Source: Candidatus Falkowbacteria bacterium RIFOXYC2_FULL_36_12 (lineage in GTDB: Bacteria; Patescibacteriota; Patescibacteriia; UBA11705). From it: 59,312 bases of DNA. Under the pieces are notes generated by a model, which had not been told where the DNA came from, searched no databases, and saw nothing but the letters and a program-made list of their open reading frames with translations. This document shows positions 15,841 to 25,583 of this stretch, one piece after another. The stretch is taken from positions 1-59,312 of the forward strand of contig MFGJ01000008.1 of NCBI GenBank assembly GCA_001778235.1, in the 5' to 3' direction. How positions within the stretch are numbered: position 1 is the first letter of the stretch; the number at the start of each line of letters is the position of its first letter. The position numbers and the translations under genes were made by a program.

Positions 15841-17448
15841 TTATCCAACCGGGTAATATTCTCCTTCAGAATAATCTGTAAAAAATGATTCTGGTAGATC
15901 CCTCACTTTACTCGCCCAATCAGCTCCAAAATTGAGTTGTGCACTCATTTCATCCTGGATCCAATGCATCAAACCACTTCCGTCAACAATATACACTTTT
16001 GGTACTGAAGGAATTTTTATTAGAGTTCCACCATTAAAAGGCACATTGCTACCCAACTTATAATTGGCCATTTCAGTTGTATTTATAATTTCCACAAAAG
16101 AAAAATCCAAACCAAAGTAAGATTCCCAAACTTTCTGTGTTGGATATGCGTGTCTTACACTATTATTATCAAGAAAATACACAGCTGAATTATCCGCTAA
16201 TTTTACCCATCGTCCATTTAAATAAGTTGTATTAACTTGAGAGTACATATCCACAGGTACCTGCTCAACAGCCTCAAAGGACACCCCATAAATATAATCG
16301 TATTCTATATCCTCAATATAAAAATAATAGTCTACAAAGCCTGGTTCATCAGACCATGATTTAAACTGAACATGCCCATCTGATCCAGAATAATCAAAAT
16401 ATTTATCTACTTGTACAAAACTTTCATCTGGAGAGATTTCCACCAATTGATCGGCTATTGGCTTATCATATTGATCATGCACATAGACATCAATAATAAG
16501 CGGATCTCCTCCAACCACAGGGTAAAAAGTATTAAAATCTATATAGGTAAAATCAAAATGCACCTCTGGAGTCATGTCAACAAAAACATTTATCGTATCA
16601 GTTTTGACCACATTACTATTAGTATCCTTGGCTGTAAAATAAATCAAATGATAACCTTGGTCAGTCAAATCCCAATCATAATACCACGATGCAAATTCAG
16701 AATCATAACCTGTGGCTTTTTCACATTTATCATCAATACAAACCTCTACATCAATCACACTTAATCCACCCTGATCTTTGGCCAAACCTTCAATTGAATA
16801 ATAAATACCAGCATGAATATAATCACCGTCAAAAATATTGGTAGCAACAACTTTCGGAAGGAAAATATCACCTCCACCATCACGATAATCCAAAATAAAA
16901 ACCGAACTATCCATCAAATCTTCTGCCGGTACACCCAACAAATCATCAAAAAAGAAAACTCCATTGTCACCTTCGTCAAAAAAACCATTTGCATTTTTAT
17001 CATTGAAAGCCGGAACTTTTAATTGAACTGTTAAATCTCGACTAAAATTGTTTGTTTCAATCGTTACAAAAAACCTTGTTGTTCCAGCAATAGCTTCAAA
17101 CAAGTCATCCCAATACCAATAATTAAAACTTTCAGACCAAGTTGCACAACCAAGATCACTATCTACTCCCATACCTTGAAATCCTTCTGACCCGGCATCC
17201 AAATACAAACACAATTTCTCTATTCCTTGATTTTCATAAAAGCCCACATTATCAATAGTCAGAGCAGTCAGAATATTTGAACCTATCAAATTAAAATCAA
17301 AAGCTAACTGATCAAAATGTAAAGGATAAAATCTGCCATCAGTCACATGATTTATACTCGTATCCACAGTCTCTGCCTGGGCATTTGACACTGGGACGAA
17401 TATTATCATCAACAATATTATTATGATTAATTTTATATTTTTTTTCAT
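15841..17448 (-). CDS. Secreted 535-aa protein; its C-terminal ~120 aa are homologous to the N-terminal domain of the 1208-aa surface protein
   Basis: Signal peptide KLIIIILLMIIFVPVSNAQA. C-terminal GTLIKIPSVPKVYIVDGSGLMHWIQDEMSAQLNFGADWASKVRDLPESFFTDYSEG parallels TNLVKITTVPKTYAVGPDGLLYHIASESAAVTLYGANWAKKVIDISDGFWTNYTDTG. Confidence 0.7.
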   Translation of the reverse strand: MKKNIKLIIIILLMIIFVPVSNAQAETVDTSINHVTDGRFYPLHFDQLAFDFNLIGSNILTALTIDNVGFYENQGIEKLCLYLDAGSEGFQGMGVDSDLGCATWSESFNYWYWDDLFEAIAGTTRFFVTIETNNFSRDLTVQLKVPAFNDKNANGFFDEGDNGVFFFDDLLGVPAEDLMDSSVFILDYRDGGGDIFLPKVVATNIFDGDYIHAGIYYSIEGLAKDQGGLSVIDVEVCIDDKCEKATGYDSEFASWYYDWDLTDQGYHLIYFTAKDTNSNVVKTDTINVFVDMTPEVHFDFTYIDFNTFYPVVGGDPLIIDVYVHDQYDKPIADQLVEISPDESFVQVDKYFDYSGSDGHVQFKSWSDEPGFVDYYFYIEDIEYDYIYGVSFEAVEQVPVDMYSQVNTTYLNGRWVKLADNSAVYFLDNNSVRHAYPTQKVWESYFGLDFSFVEIINTTEMANYKLGSNVPFNGGTLIKIPSVPKVYIVDGSGLMHWIQDEMSAQLNFGADWASKVRDLPESFFTDYSEGEYYPVG

Positions 17449-17456
17449 ATAAACTA

Positions 17457-18128
17457 TTAATATTTATCAGGGAAACTTAATTTTAATTCTTGTCTAACTT
17501 CATCCGCCTTTGCGGTTTCACCTATTTTTTCTAAGTACTTCAAATATCTATCCAAAAAAAACTCGCGATTAATAGATACATTCTCTTGAGCAAAATCTAG
17601 CAATTCTTTAACGCTACGATAATTTGCAGGGAGGTTATCTTGGAGGTACAAATTCAATAGTGCAACATATGGTTCAGCATCAGCATTATTTGCTACAATT
17701 GCTTTTTTGAAATATTCTTCTGCCTTAGTATAATCTTTCAAATCAATATATAGATGAGCCATATTCCACTTCACAGTATATGATTCATCATGATATTTAT
17801 CTTCAAATGCTCTGTAAATATCTACTGCCCTTTGGTAAAACTCATCTTTCAATTCTAACCCTCCTAAACTTTCCCACTCAAAGGCTACATTCAGATAAGC
17901 CAATCTTTCTTCGGTTTCATCAGTATATTGCTGATATATTTTTGCTTCCAAATCACAAAGTATTGCTATCTTTTCATTCAAATCTGGAAAATTGATTTTT
18001 ATTTGTTCACAAGAAATATTCTCAAATGAATTATCATTCTTTTTCCAATCACCAACCTTGTCTCCAAATAAAAACCAACCAACAAATACGATAATTACCA
18101 CTACAACAAAAATTACTACTTTCTTCAT
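17457..18128 (-). CDS. Membrane-anchored TPR-repeat protein
   Basis: N-terminal TM VVIFVVVVIIVFVGWFLF. TPR-like helices, e.g. YTKAEEYFKKAIVANNADAEPYVALLNLYLQ. Confidence 0.6.
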   Translation of the reverse strand: MKKVVIFVVVVIIVFVGWFLFGDKVGDWKKNDNSFENISCEQIKINFPDLNEKIAILCDLEAKIYQQYTDETEERLAYLNVAFEWESLGGLELKDEFYQRAVDIYRAFEDKYHDESYTVKWNMAHLYIDLKDYTKAEEYFKKAIVANNADAEPYVALLNLYLQDNLPANYRSVKELLDFAQENVSINREFFLDRYLKYLEKIGETAKADEVRQELKLSFPDKY

Positions 18129-18169
18129 ATAAAGCTATTATTTATTACTAACTTTATTATATCAACACC

Positions 18170-18207
18170 TTTTAAAAAAACAACCCCCCACAGAAAACTG
18201 TGGGGGG
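18170..18207 (-). terminator. Rho-independent terminator of the large surface-protein gene
   Basis: Stem ccccccacag (18184-18193) pairs with ctgtgggggg (18198-18207), 4-nt loop. On the minus strand it is followed by ttgttttttt. Confidence 0.8.
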
Positions 18208-18266
18208 TGTTTTTATATGATTCCGTAACTAATTAATAGAACTTCATCATATCAACGATCTAGCTA

Positions 18267-21200
18267 CTATTTTACTAGAGCTGGACCATTTAGAGGTAGA
18301 CCAATACCTGCGTAATTAGCACCTGACAGGTCAGCAGAAGTTGTACTTCCGTCATTCCAACTCATGTCAGCAGCAGCATTATTGATCTTCAAACGGATTG
18401 AATCACCAGTAGTTTCGTAATCACCTAGATCACCTTCTACATAGTAAATCTTATATGAACCAGCAGCGATTGCTGAATCAGCATCCTCAAACAACATAGA
18501 CAATGTAGCGTTTGTTCCATCATCAGTTTCTTGTCCTGTTAGAGAAGCCAATAGAGTATCAGTACCATATTCATACAAACTCCATTCTTCGTTTGTGTTA
18601 GCATCATCATCAGCAGCTGTAGCAAGAACAGTAAATCTAATATTGTTATTAGCACCATTCAAGAAAGATACTTTGAAAGCTGAATCAGCTGTAACTCTAA
18701 ATCTCATAACTTCAGTCGCTGTAGTAGGAGCTAGAACGCTAGACACACCACTCTCTAGAGAGAATGTTGGTTTTGTCTTTACAAACTTATGAGCGTTTCC
18801 GTCATAGTTTGCAGCTGCAGAACCAATTGCGAATGTATTTGAAGTTTCACCCATGGCTGAAATATCAGTTGACGCTGTATGAGTCACGATATTAGCAACA
18901 CGGAATGTTAGATCAGAACCATCAGTTGAGAATGTAGAATTGTCAGCAGGAGTACCATCAACACGAAGCTCAACATATACTGAATCATTCTTTGGAACAG
19001 TAAATAGACCGTCCGCATCGTAGAACAAAGCTGTATTTGCAGTTGAGTTAATCAAACTACCTACAGTAGCACCAGCTTGAACACCATCAACATAAAGTTT
19101 CAAGTTTCTTACATTACCTGGTAAATCATCTGTACCAGCTTCCTTCATGTTAATTCTCTTAACTACCAATGATTCAACATTGCTTGCTGAAAATTCCCAA
19201 GCAGCGACTGTTTGGTTAGTCTTACCAGCAACAATATAAGTTGAAGTTGGATTTGTTGGAGCAGAAGCTGCAGCAACAGTTAGAGTACCAGCTGTAGCAA
19301 CAGTGATTTGCTGACCAACAGCACCTGTAGAGTCAGTAACAGTCGCATTTGTAGAAACACCACGACCAGTTACAGAACTAATCTTAATCTCATCACCATC
19401 ACTTGTCCATGCAGCATCAGCATTTGAAGTAGCATCAGCATATAGATCAAATGTCTTTGATAGACCAGCACCAATAGATACTGGACTTGATGAGAAATTC
19501 ATTGTAACAGTTCCACCATTTGTTGTTGTTGGATTTGCAGAAGTAGCAATCTCTGTTCCATCCACACGAAGTGAAAGGTTTACAAATGCATTACCAATAC
19601 CGACATCACCATCATCAACAAGAACAAGTGAAGTTACTTCAGAACCTTCAGCTACGCCAGAAGTAATTGCCCATGATCCGACCAATACTTGCTGTGCTCC
19701 TTGTACCACAGTCATGTTTGATACAGAAGAGTTTAGTGTAGTAGTTAGAGAAGCTTCAGCAACAATTAATTCACTTGCAGAAACTGATGTTGAGTTAGCA
19801 GTTGTACCAGTTGACATTCTGAATACATTTGCATTACCTGTTTCTAAGACCAATTGGATAGAATCACTAGCAGCCATAACAGTACCGTCACCCTGAACGA
19901 TATCACCATAGATTTCAACTACATATGTTTGACCCTCTGGAATTATGAAAGTATTTCCAAATGAGAATGTAGTATCATCATCAGTAGCAGCATCGTCATC
20001 AGTAGCATTACCATCTGCAGATGCGTCAGAATCAAGATCCTTTGTAGTTGAAAGCTGTGTTCCATTTACAAGAATCTTACCATTGTTTACATCTTCAGTA
20101 TCCATAGCTCCACCAGCAGTTGTTCGGACAACTAAGTTTGAAACTTTAATGTCCTCACCAATAGCTTTGAAATTCCACTTACCAAGTAATTGGTTAGTTT
20201 GTCCAAGAGCTACATTACCACTTGGTGAATCAGTTGCTAGAGTCACTTGAAGTGAACCAGCACTGATTGTTGTTGTATTTGTAGCAGTAATTAGAGTGAA
20301 AGTATCAGCTTGGTTAATCTTTACAAATCTTTCATAATTTGTATCCCAAGCAGTTACATCATATGGATTTTGTACTTCAAAGTAGAAAGTTCGGTTTGTA
20401 CCAGTTACAACATCACCACGAAGGTACAAAGTCTTAGTTTGTCCAGCAGTAATATTATAATCTAGATTACTAAATGTAACAGTCTTATCAGCTGTCAAAC
20501 CATCAGCTTCACCAAGTACTGTCAATCCATCATACAAATACATATTTTCAAATGTATCTGATTCAAGAGTACCAATAGTTGTGAAAACCATTTCATCAAC
20601 TCGTACTTTTTGATCTGCAGCAGCTAGAGTAAATCTCCATAGCTCTTGGTCAGCCAATCCAGCTTCAATTGTTGTTCCTGGATCAGCAGCGTGAGCAATA
20701 GTCAATTTACCAAAGTCACTTACAGCAGCAGTCTCAAATCTTTGACTTGCCATTGGGAAACTACCACCAACACTTCCAGCTACCAAAGTAACATCAGAAG
20801 ATGCCTCTAAAGTAAAGTCAAAACTCTTATTTGCAGCTGTACCATTTGCAAGGTCAAGCATCAAAGTCAAGTTTCGTGTTGAGCCACTTGAAACAACGAA
20901 ATTTGTTCCAAATGTATAGTAGTTGCTTGAGTATGAAGGAGAATCTGAAATCAATGTATCACCATCATAAAGATATAGAGTATTGATATCACTATTTGAA
21001 GAGATTCCTCCTCGTTTCAAACGGAAAGAGTCAACTTCAACAGCACCTCCATTAGCAGTAAATTTCAATTTCATTACAGGTGATAAGTATTCAGTACCAT
21101 CACCAGATGTTGAATCAGCAATAACAGTTGCAGCAGCAACAGTTGTCATAGAAACAGATAAATTTCCGCTTCCAACAACAGCTCCAGCGCCACCACCTTG

Positions 21201-21893
21201 TGATACATCCCGATAAGTGTCAACAGCTCCAGTGATATTAGCACCTGCAGTAACAGTCATAGTTGAAGGAGCAGTAACGATGTCATCCCATCGGAAATTA
21301 TTTAAGGTGAATGCAGATTCACTAGCAAATTTTGACCAAGATCCATCCATGTTTACACGGTAAACATCAGAAGAATTAGCTTTCTTTACAAGCTGACCTT
21401 CTGGGTAACTTGTTCCTGTCAACGCAATACCTGTATCTGTATAATTTGTCCAGAATCCATCTGATATATCAATAACTTTTTTAGCCCAATTTGCGCCATA
21501 AAGAGTTACAGCAGCAGATTCGCTAGCAATGTGATACAAAAGTCCATCTGGACCAACAGCATAAGTCTTTGGCACAGTTGTAATCTTTACAAGATTTGTA
21601 CCAGGACGAGCTGTAACATTTCCTGCTAAATCAATAGCAGCAAGTTCATTGTCAGTAATTGTTTTTACTGACCCAAAACCATTATACCAAGTCATGTATG
21701 TAGATTGAGTTGGGAATGTATAACGCATTCCATCAGCAGCATAATAATATACAGCTGGACCACTAGCCTTGATCAAGTCACCTGCTTGTAAAGTTACAGC
21801 AGAAGCAACTGGCACAAGTGCAGCAGCACCCATTGTCCATACAATTGTAGTTAATACTACAGAAAAGGTTAATGCCTTTTTAAGTATGTTCAT
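18267..21893 (-). CDS. 1208-aa T/S/A/G/N-rich, Cys-free modular cell-surface (S-layer-like) protein
   Basis: Signal peptide. N-terminal domain shared with 15841-17448. At least five internal modules each containing an LY(L/V)(D/Y)G-type strand (LYLYDGDTLIS, MYLYDGLTVLG, LSLRVDGTEIA, LKLYVDGVQAG, WSLYEYGTDTL). Strong terminator. Confidence 0.7.
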   Translation of the reverse strand: MNILKKALTFSVVLTTIVWTMGAAALVPVASAVTLQAGDLIKASGPAVYYYAADGMRYTFPTQSTYMTWYNGFGSVKTITDNELAAIDLAGNVTARPGTNLVKITTVPKTYAVGPDGLLYHIASESAAVTLYGANWAKKVIDISDGFWTNYTDTGIALTGTSYPEGQLVKKANSSDVYRVNMDGSWSKFASESAFTLNNFRWDDIVTAPSTMTVTAGANITGAVDTYRDVSQGGGAGAVVGSGNLSVSMTTVAAATVIADSTSGDGTEYLSPVMKLKFTANGGAVEVDSFRLKRGGISSNSDINTLYLYDGDTLISDSPSYSSNYYTFGTNFVVSSGSTRNLTLMLDLANGTAANKSFDFTLEASSDVTLVAGSVGGSFPMASQRFETAAVSDFGKLTIAHAADPGTTIEAGLADQELWRFTLAAADQKVRVDEMVFTTIGTLESDTFENMYLYDGLTVLGEADGLTADKTVTFSNLDYNITAGQTKTLYLRGDVVTGTNRTFYFEVQNPYDVTAWDTNYERFVKINQADTFTLITATNTTTISAGSLQVTLATDSPSGNVALGQTNQLLGKWNFKAIGEDIKVSNLVVRTTAGGAMDTEDVNNGKILVNGTQLSTTKDLDSDASADGNATDDDAATDDDTTFSFGNTFIIPEGQTYVVEIYGDIVQGDGTVMAASDSIQLVLETGNANVFRMSTGTTANSTSVSASELIVAEASLTTTLNSSVSNMTVVQGAQQVLVGSWAITSGVAEGSEVTSLVLVDDGDVGIGNAFVNLSLRVDGTEIATSANPTTTNGGTVTMNFSSSPVSIGAGLSKTFDLYADATSNADAAWTSDGDEIKISSVTGRGVSTNATVTDSTGAVGQQITVATAGTLTVAAASAPTNPTSTYIVAGKTNQTVAAWEFSASNVESLVVKRINMKEAGTDDLPGNVRNLKLYVDGVQAGATVGSLINSTANTALFYDADGLFTVPKNDSVYVELRVDGTPADNSTFSTDGSDLTFRVANIVTHTASTDISAMGETSNTFAIGSAAANYDGNAHKFVKTKPTFSLESGVSSVLAPTTATEVMRFRVTADSAFKVSFLNGANNNIRFTVLATAADDDANTNEEWSLYEYGTDTLLASLTGQETDDGTNATLSMLFEDADSAIAAGSYKIYYVEGDLGDYETTGDSIRLKINNAAADMSWNDGSTTSADLSGANYAGIGLPLNGPALVK

Positions 21894-22081
21894 AATTTAA
21901 TTATCCTTTGTTAGGCATTGGATATGATTAATCTTTCGACTAATTATATACTTAAGCCTTAAATTTTTATTATTATGCAGCAACAGCTACAAGAGCTCGA
22001 CCTTTTATATTACTGCAACCTAAATATTTAGGGTTTTATTATTAAATTAATTAATAATTGATACAAATTATATCTAAATTA

Positions 22082-23170
22082 TTATTTATTTTCAAGAGAA
22101 TTATCCTCAACTACATTATCTTCAACAACAGCATTCGCTTCTTCCTCTGTCACAGTAAGATTAACCTTTTCACCAACAATCTGATCTGGCACAACAATTT
22201 CATTTGTCTTTTCAACCAATTCAGAAACTTCTTTCATCTTTTCAATCGCAGACAACACATCTCCTTGATTCAACAATACTGTTGCTTCAGCAATTCCAAG
22301 TTGTGCAGATTCATGGTCAGCAATTGACTTTGCGCCAACTTCATTTTCATTTTGTCCTAAATTTTCCGGTGCGATTTCAGCAATCTTTTGTTCAACTTTT
22401 TTAATTTGATTTTCAATCACCTCAACAACCTTTTCTGATGAAATATCAATCTCACCATTATCATATTTTTCAGCAATAGTTTGGACCGCCTTTAGACTTG
22501 TATCTTCAACAACTTTGGTTACTTGAGAAATATTTTCGGTGACATCATTATCAATAAATACTTCATTACTCTTATCCAATTTTTCAACTATTTGAGTGGC
22601 TCTCTCATCAACCCTTTGGACTATTTCCATTCTCTGACTAAGGTCTTCTTTCTTTGAACTAACATCTTCTATATTCTTATTTATACCATTCATTGTACCA
22701 ATCAAATTCTCGGTTACAACCATTATCTGTTGTTTTTTTGTATCATTATTTTTGTCACTTGCTACAATAGTTTCAAGTTCTCTCATACGATTATCAGCAA
22801 TCGTCATATTTCTTTCGGTTTTTTTCTCGTCAGACACAGTCAAACCAATCATGACTTTTTCTGAAGTAAGCTTGATTGAATACAAAATATCACCAGGTAG
22901 ACTGTTTTTTGAAGCATTCACAGTAAAGGCGCCAGAACCAAATATCATCAACATTATCACAGAAATCACTCCTATTGGCTTAGCAATAAAAGTTATAAAA
23001 CCTTGAGGTAACAACATTTTACCAAAATACCAAAAACTAAAAAAAGAAGATCTGCTTTCAGGAGCTTGAGCTTTTATTTGTGATAACAAAAGTTCTTTAT
23101 TGCTCTTGACCCAATCTTCTCTTGGTTCAATCCTATTCAAATTTTTTAATTGTGTAACTAAGTTTTCCAT
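22082..23170 (-). CDS. Single-pass membrane protein with coiled-coil ectodomain; putative anti-sigma partner
   Basis: Starts 10 nt downstream of the sigma gene stop. Short cytoplasmic N-terminus, TM (IGVISVIMLMIFGSGAF), then a long E/K/V-rich helical region. Recalls the DUF5667 arrangement, from memory. Confidence 0.4.
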   Translation of the reverse strand: MENLVTQLKNLNRIEPREDWVKSNKELLLSQIKAQAPESRSSFFSFWYFGKMLLPQGFITFIAKPIGVISVIMLMIFGSGAFTVNASKNSLPGDILYSIKLTSEKVMIGLTVSDEKKTERNMTIADNRMRELETIVASDKNNDTKKQQIMVVTENLIGTMNGINKNIEDVSSKKEDLSQRMEIVQRVDERATQIVEKLDKSNEVFIDNDVTENISQVTKVVEDTSLKAVQTIAEKYDNGEIDISSEKVVEVIENQIKKVEQKIAEIAPENLGQNENEVGAKSIADHESAQLGIAEATVLLNQGDVLSAIEKMKEVSELVEKTNEIVVPDQIVGEKVNLTVTEEEANAVVEDNVVEDNSLENK

Positions 23171-23180
23171 GGTTGTTTGT

Positions 23181-23732
23181 TTAATTTCCCATTACATCTC
23201 TTAAACTTTTTAACGCCCGATGGACCAATACCCGAACATTGCTCTTTGTTTTCTTCAATATTCCAGCAATCTCATTAACCGAGTATTGTTCAACATATTT
23301 CAGAACTAACACCTCTCTATATTCATCTTTTATTTTCTCGAGATAGAACTCTATATTCTTTGTATCTATTTTTTGATCAAGTTCTTTAATAAGATCTCTG
23401 CTTTCAATTATTTTCTGATATTGTTCTTGATCAGATATTTGTATTTCAGTTCGCTTTTTATTTCTATAGTAATCAATTACCGCGTTCCTGGCAATTTGAT
23501 AAAAAAGTGCATTTAAGTTTTTTATCTTTTTATCAGTAGTCCTGATATACTGCCATACTTTCAGAAAAACTTCTGAAGTGATATCTTCCGCATCTTCAAC
23601 CAGCCTAACTTTAAACATCACAAATCTAAAAATTTTTGCGACATAGTAGTCGTACAACTCTCCGTAGGCATCCTGATCCTTCTCGTGTCTGACTTTGAAT
23701 ATTAAAAGTTTTTCTTTGAATGTATTTTTCAT
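23181..23732 (-). CDS. ECF-type sigma-70 family RNA polymerase sigma factor
   Basis: Region 2 (FRFVMFKVRLVEDAEDITSEVFLKVW, ARNAVIDYYR) and region 4 HTH (YREVLVLKYVEQYSVNEIAGILKKTKSNVRVLVHRALKSLR). Confidence 0.85.
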   Translation of the reverse strand: MKNTFKEKLLIFKVRHEKDQDAYGELYDYYVAKIFRFVMFKVRLVEDAEDITSEVFLKVWQYIRTTDKKIKNLNALFYQIARNAVIDYYRNKKRTEIQISDQEQYQKIIESRDLIKELDQKIDTKNIEFYLEKIKDEYREVLVLKYVEQYSVNEIAGILKKTKSNVRVLVHRALKSLRDVMGN

Positions 23733-23799
23733 TTATGTAGACGAATGAATATGTATAGTATTACACTTAATACTTTTAATGCTTTACTAAGTACCATCT

Positions 23800-23828
23800 A
23801 TTATAGTACATTTTTTATCATTTGTAAA
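23800..23828 (-). promoter_or_regulatory. Sigma70-type promoter of the sigma/anti-sigma operon
   Basis: Minus strand reads TTTACA (23828-23823), a 17-nt spacer, then TATAAT (23805-23800). Confidence 0.55.
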
Positions 23829-23845
23829 TAGTTTTTGCTAAAATT

Positions 23846-23872
23846 AGGCTAATTTTTGACAAAAATCAGCCT
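23846..23872. promoter_or_regulatory. 27-bp imperfect palindrome between divergent promoters (candidate operator)
   Basis: aggctaatttttgacaaaaatcagcct matches its own reverse complement at 24 of 27 positions. It lies 17-18 bp from each flanking -35 element. Confidence 0.4.
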
Positions 23873-23888
23873 ATATGATCTTAATTAA

Positions 23889-23916
23889 TTGACTTTTTTT
23901 AAGAAAACTATAAAAT
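23889..23916 (+). promoter_or_regulatory. Sigma70-type promoter of the HTH gene
   Basis: TTGACT (23889-23894), a 16-nt spacer, then TAAAAT (23911-23916). Confidence 0.45.
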
Positions 23917-23962
23917 TATAGTATATTTGTCTACACTAGTGTATACAAACACCATAATTTCT

Positions 23963-24268
23963 ATGAATGAGCAACCTAATATCATCAGAGTCTCCGTCTC
24001 TGAAGCAGCACGACTATTTGGGGTTGATCCCCACACTATTAGACGAGCATTGAGGAATCAAGAGTTCAGGTATGTTGTTGTGCAAGGAAGATATAAAATA
24101 AACTTTGAAAGCCTTATTCAGTGGTCACAAAACAGAATAACTGTAAAAAACAAACTAGACAAAAAAGGCATCGGACAATTTGTTGATAGATGGAAAATAA
24201 AAAACAAAAAATTCAGTCCAAATCCACAAATTTTAGACAGCAATGAAAAAAATGAGAACAACACTTAA
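23963..24268 (+). CDS. Small helix-turn-helix DNA-binding protein (excisionase/MerR-like HTH)
   Basis: VSVSEAARLFGVDPHTIRRALRNQE is a typical HTH. Start is uncertain: ATG at 23963 has no obvious SD, and the TTG at 23927 would give a near-leaderless transcript. Confidence 0.55.
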   Translation: MNEQPNIIRVSVSEAARLFGVDPHTIRRALRNQEFRYVVVQGRYKINFESLIQWSQNRITVKNKLDKKGIGQFVDRWKIKNKKFSPNPQILDSNEKNENNT

Positions 24269-24272
24269 CTGA

Positions 24273-25472
24273 TTAATTCTTCCCATGATTCAAGGCGGTG
24301 GAACACTGTTTCACAGCTTTTTTATTTATCCGACTATTTAACCACGATGGTTGTTCTTCTTTTTTCAAACACAAGTAAATACTTTCAGTTGCCTTAATAA
24401 TGTCCTTCCAATTATAATTTTCCAGCACATGCTTTTGAGCCTCATCACCAACATGCTTTACTAACTTTGGTTCATGAAGCAGTTTCTCTAGCTGGACCTG
24501 CAAACTATTAGTATTTTTATTTTTGAATTTAAACCCATAACCACCTGAAATAGCTTCCAGGTTTTGAGGAATATCAGAAATCAACGGGCACAAGCCAAAA
24601 CTCATTGCCTCAAGTACAACAATCGGCAACCCCTCCGATTCTGAAGGCAAGACAAACAAATATGCATTGGAATATAATTCATTCCACAAACGACTACCCA
24701 TTTCAACATTTCCAGTCATTATAATCTTACGATTTGATCTTACCTTTTCTTTCAACTTCTCAACATACTTATCTGTAAAAGCCGAGCCACCAGCAATCAC
24801 CAATTTTTTTTCAGTCTCAATTTTATTATAAGCGTCTATTAAATATTGTGCTCCTTTATGTTTCACCAGTCGTGACATAAATAAAATATAATCACCTGAT
24901 TCTAAACCATATCGTTTTTTAATTTCCCTCGCTGGATATCTGACTCTTGAATCAACACCATTTGGGATATAAATAACCTCTGATCGATAATTTTTTCTAC
25001 AATATTTTTGTAAAGTTTTAGAAACAGCTATAGTCTCGTCAGCAAATCTTACAGCTGACCATTCACCAATTCGCAAAAAAAATCTGGCCAACAATCCCCA
25101 TTTCAAATGATGCCGGTCAATGCTATGAAAAGTTGTTACCACCCTAATTGAAGGAGTAAAAAGTCTTGGCATCCAAGATAGTAAGGCTGGACCAACCCCA
25201 TGATAATGAATCACATCAAACCCTTGACGCATCGCGTCAATTGTTGATGTCAAAACATGAGTAATAGTATCAAAATTTTTTGTATGCCAAGATTTTGTAA
25301 ATTTCAAATTTACACCTTTATATCTCTGATTTTTTTTCTTTACATACCACTCTCGACAATATACTGTAACCAAATGTCCACGCTTATGCAGACCCACAGC
25401 CAATTTTTCAACATGTGTTTCTACTCCACCCATAGAAGCAGGAATACCTTTTTGACCAATAAATGCAATTTT
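24273..25472 (-). CDS. Family 4 (GT-B) glycosyltransferase
   Basis: MKIAFIGQKGIPASMGGVETHVEKLA at the N-terminus. E-x7-E region LPSESEGLPIVVLEAMSFGLCPLISD. Confidence 0.8.
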   Translation of the reverse strand, partial: KIAFIGQKGIPASMGGVETHVEKLAVGLHKRGHLVTVYCREWYVKKKNQRYKGVNLKFTKSWHTKNFDTITHVLTSTIDAMRQGFDVIHYHGVGPALLSWMPRLFTPSIRVVTTFHSIDRHHLKWGLLARFFLRIGEWSAVRFADETIAVSKTLQKYCRKNYRSEVIYIPNGVDSRVRYPAREIKKRYGLESGDYILFMSRLVKHKGAQYLIDAYNKIETEKKLVIAGGSAFTDKYVEKLKEKVRSNRKIIMTGNVEMGSRLWNELYSNAYLFVLPSESEGLPIVVLEAMSFGLCPLISDIPQNLEAISGGYGFKFKNKNTNSLQVQLEKLLHEPKLVKHVGDEAQKHVLENYNWKDIIKATESIYLCLKKEEQPSWLNSRINKKAVKQCSTALNHGKN

Positions 25473-25583
25473 CATAAATATCAAATATTGCTAACTTTTG
25501 TAGTCAACTTTATATTTATATTATATCATATTTAACAGCAGATTAAAATCTTGCTATAATAAAATTAAATCAATAAAAAATTT

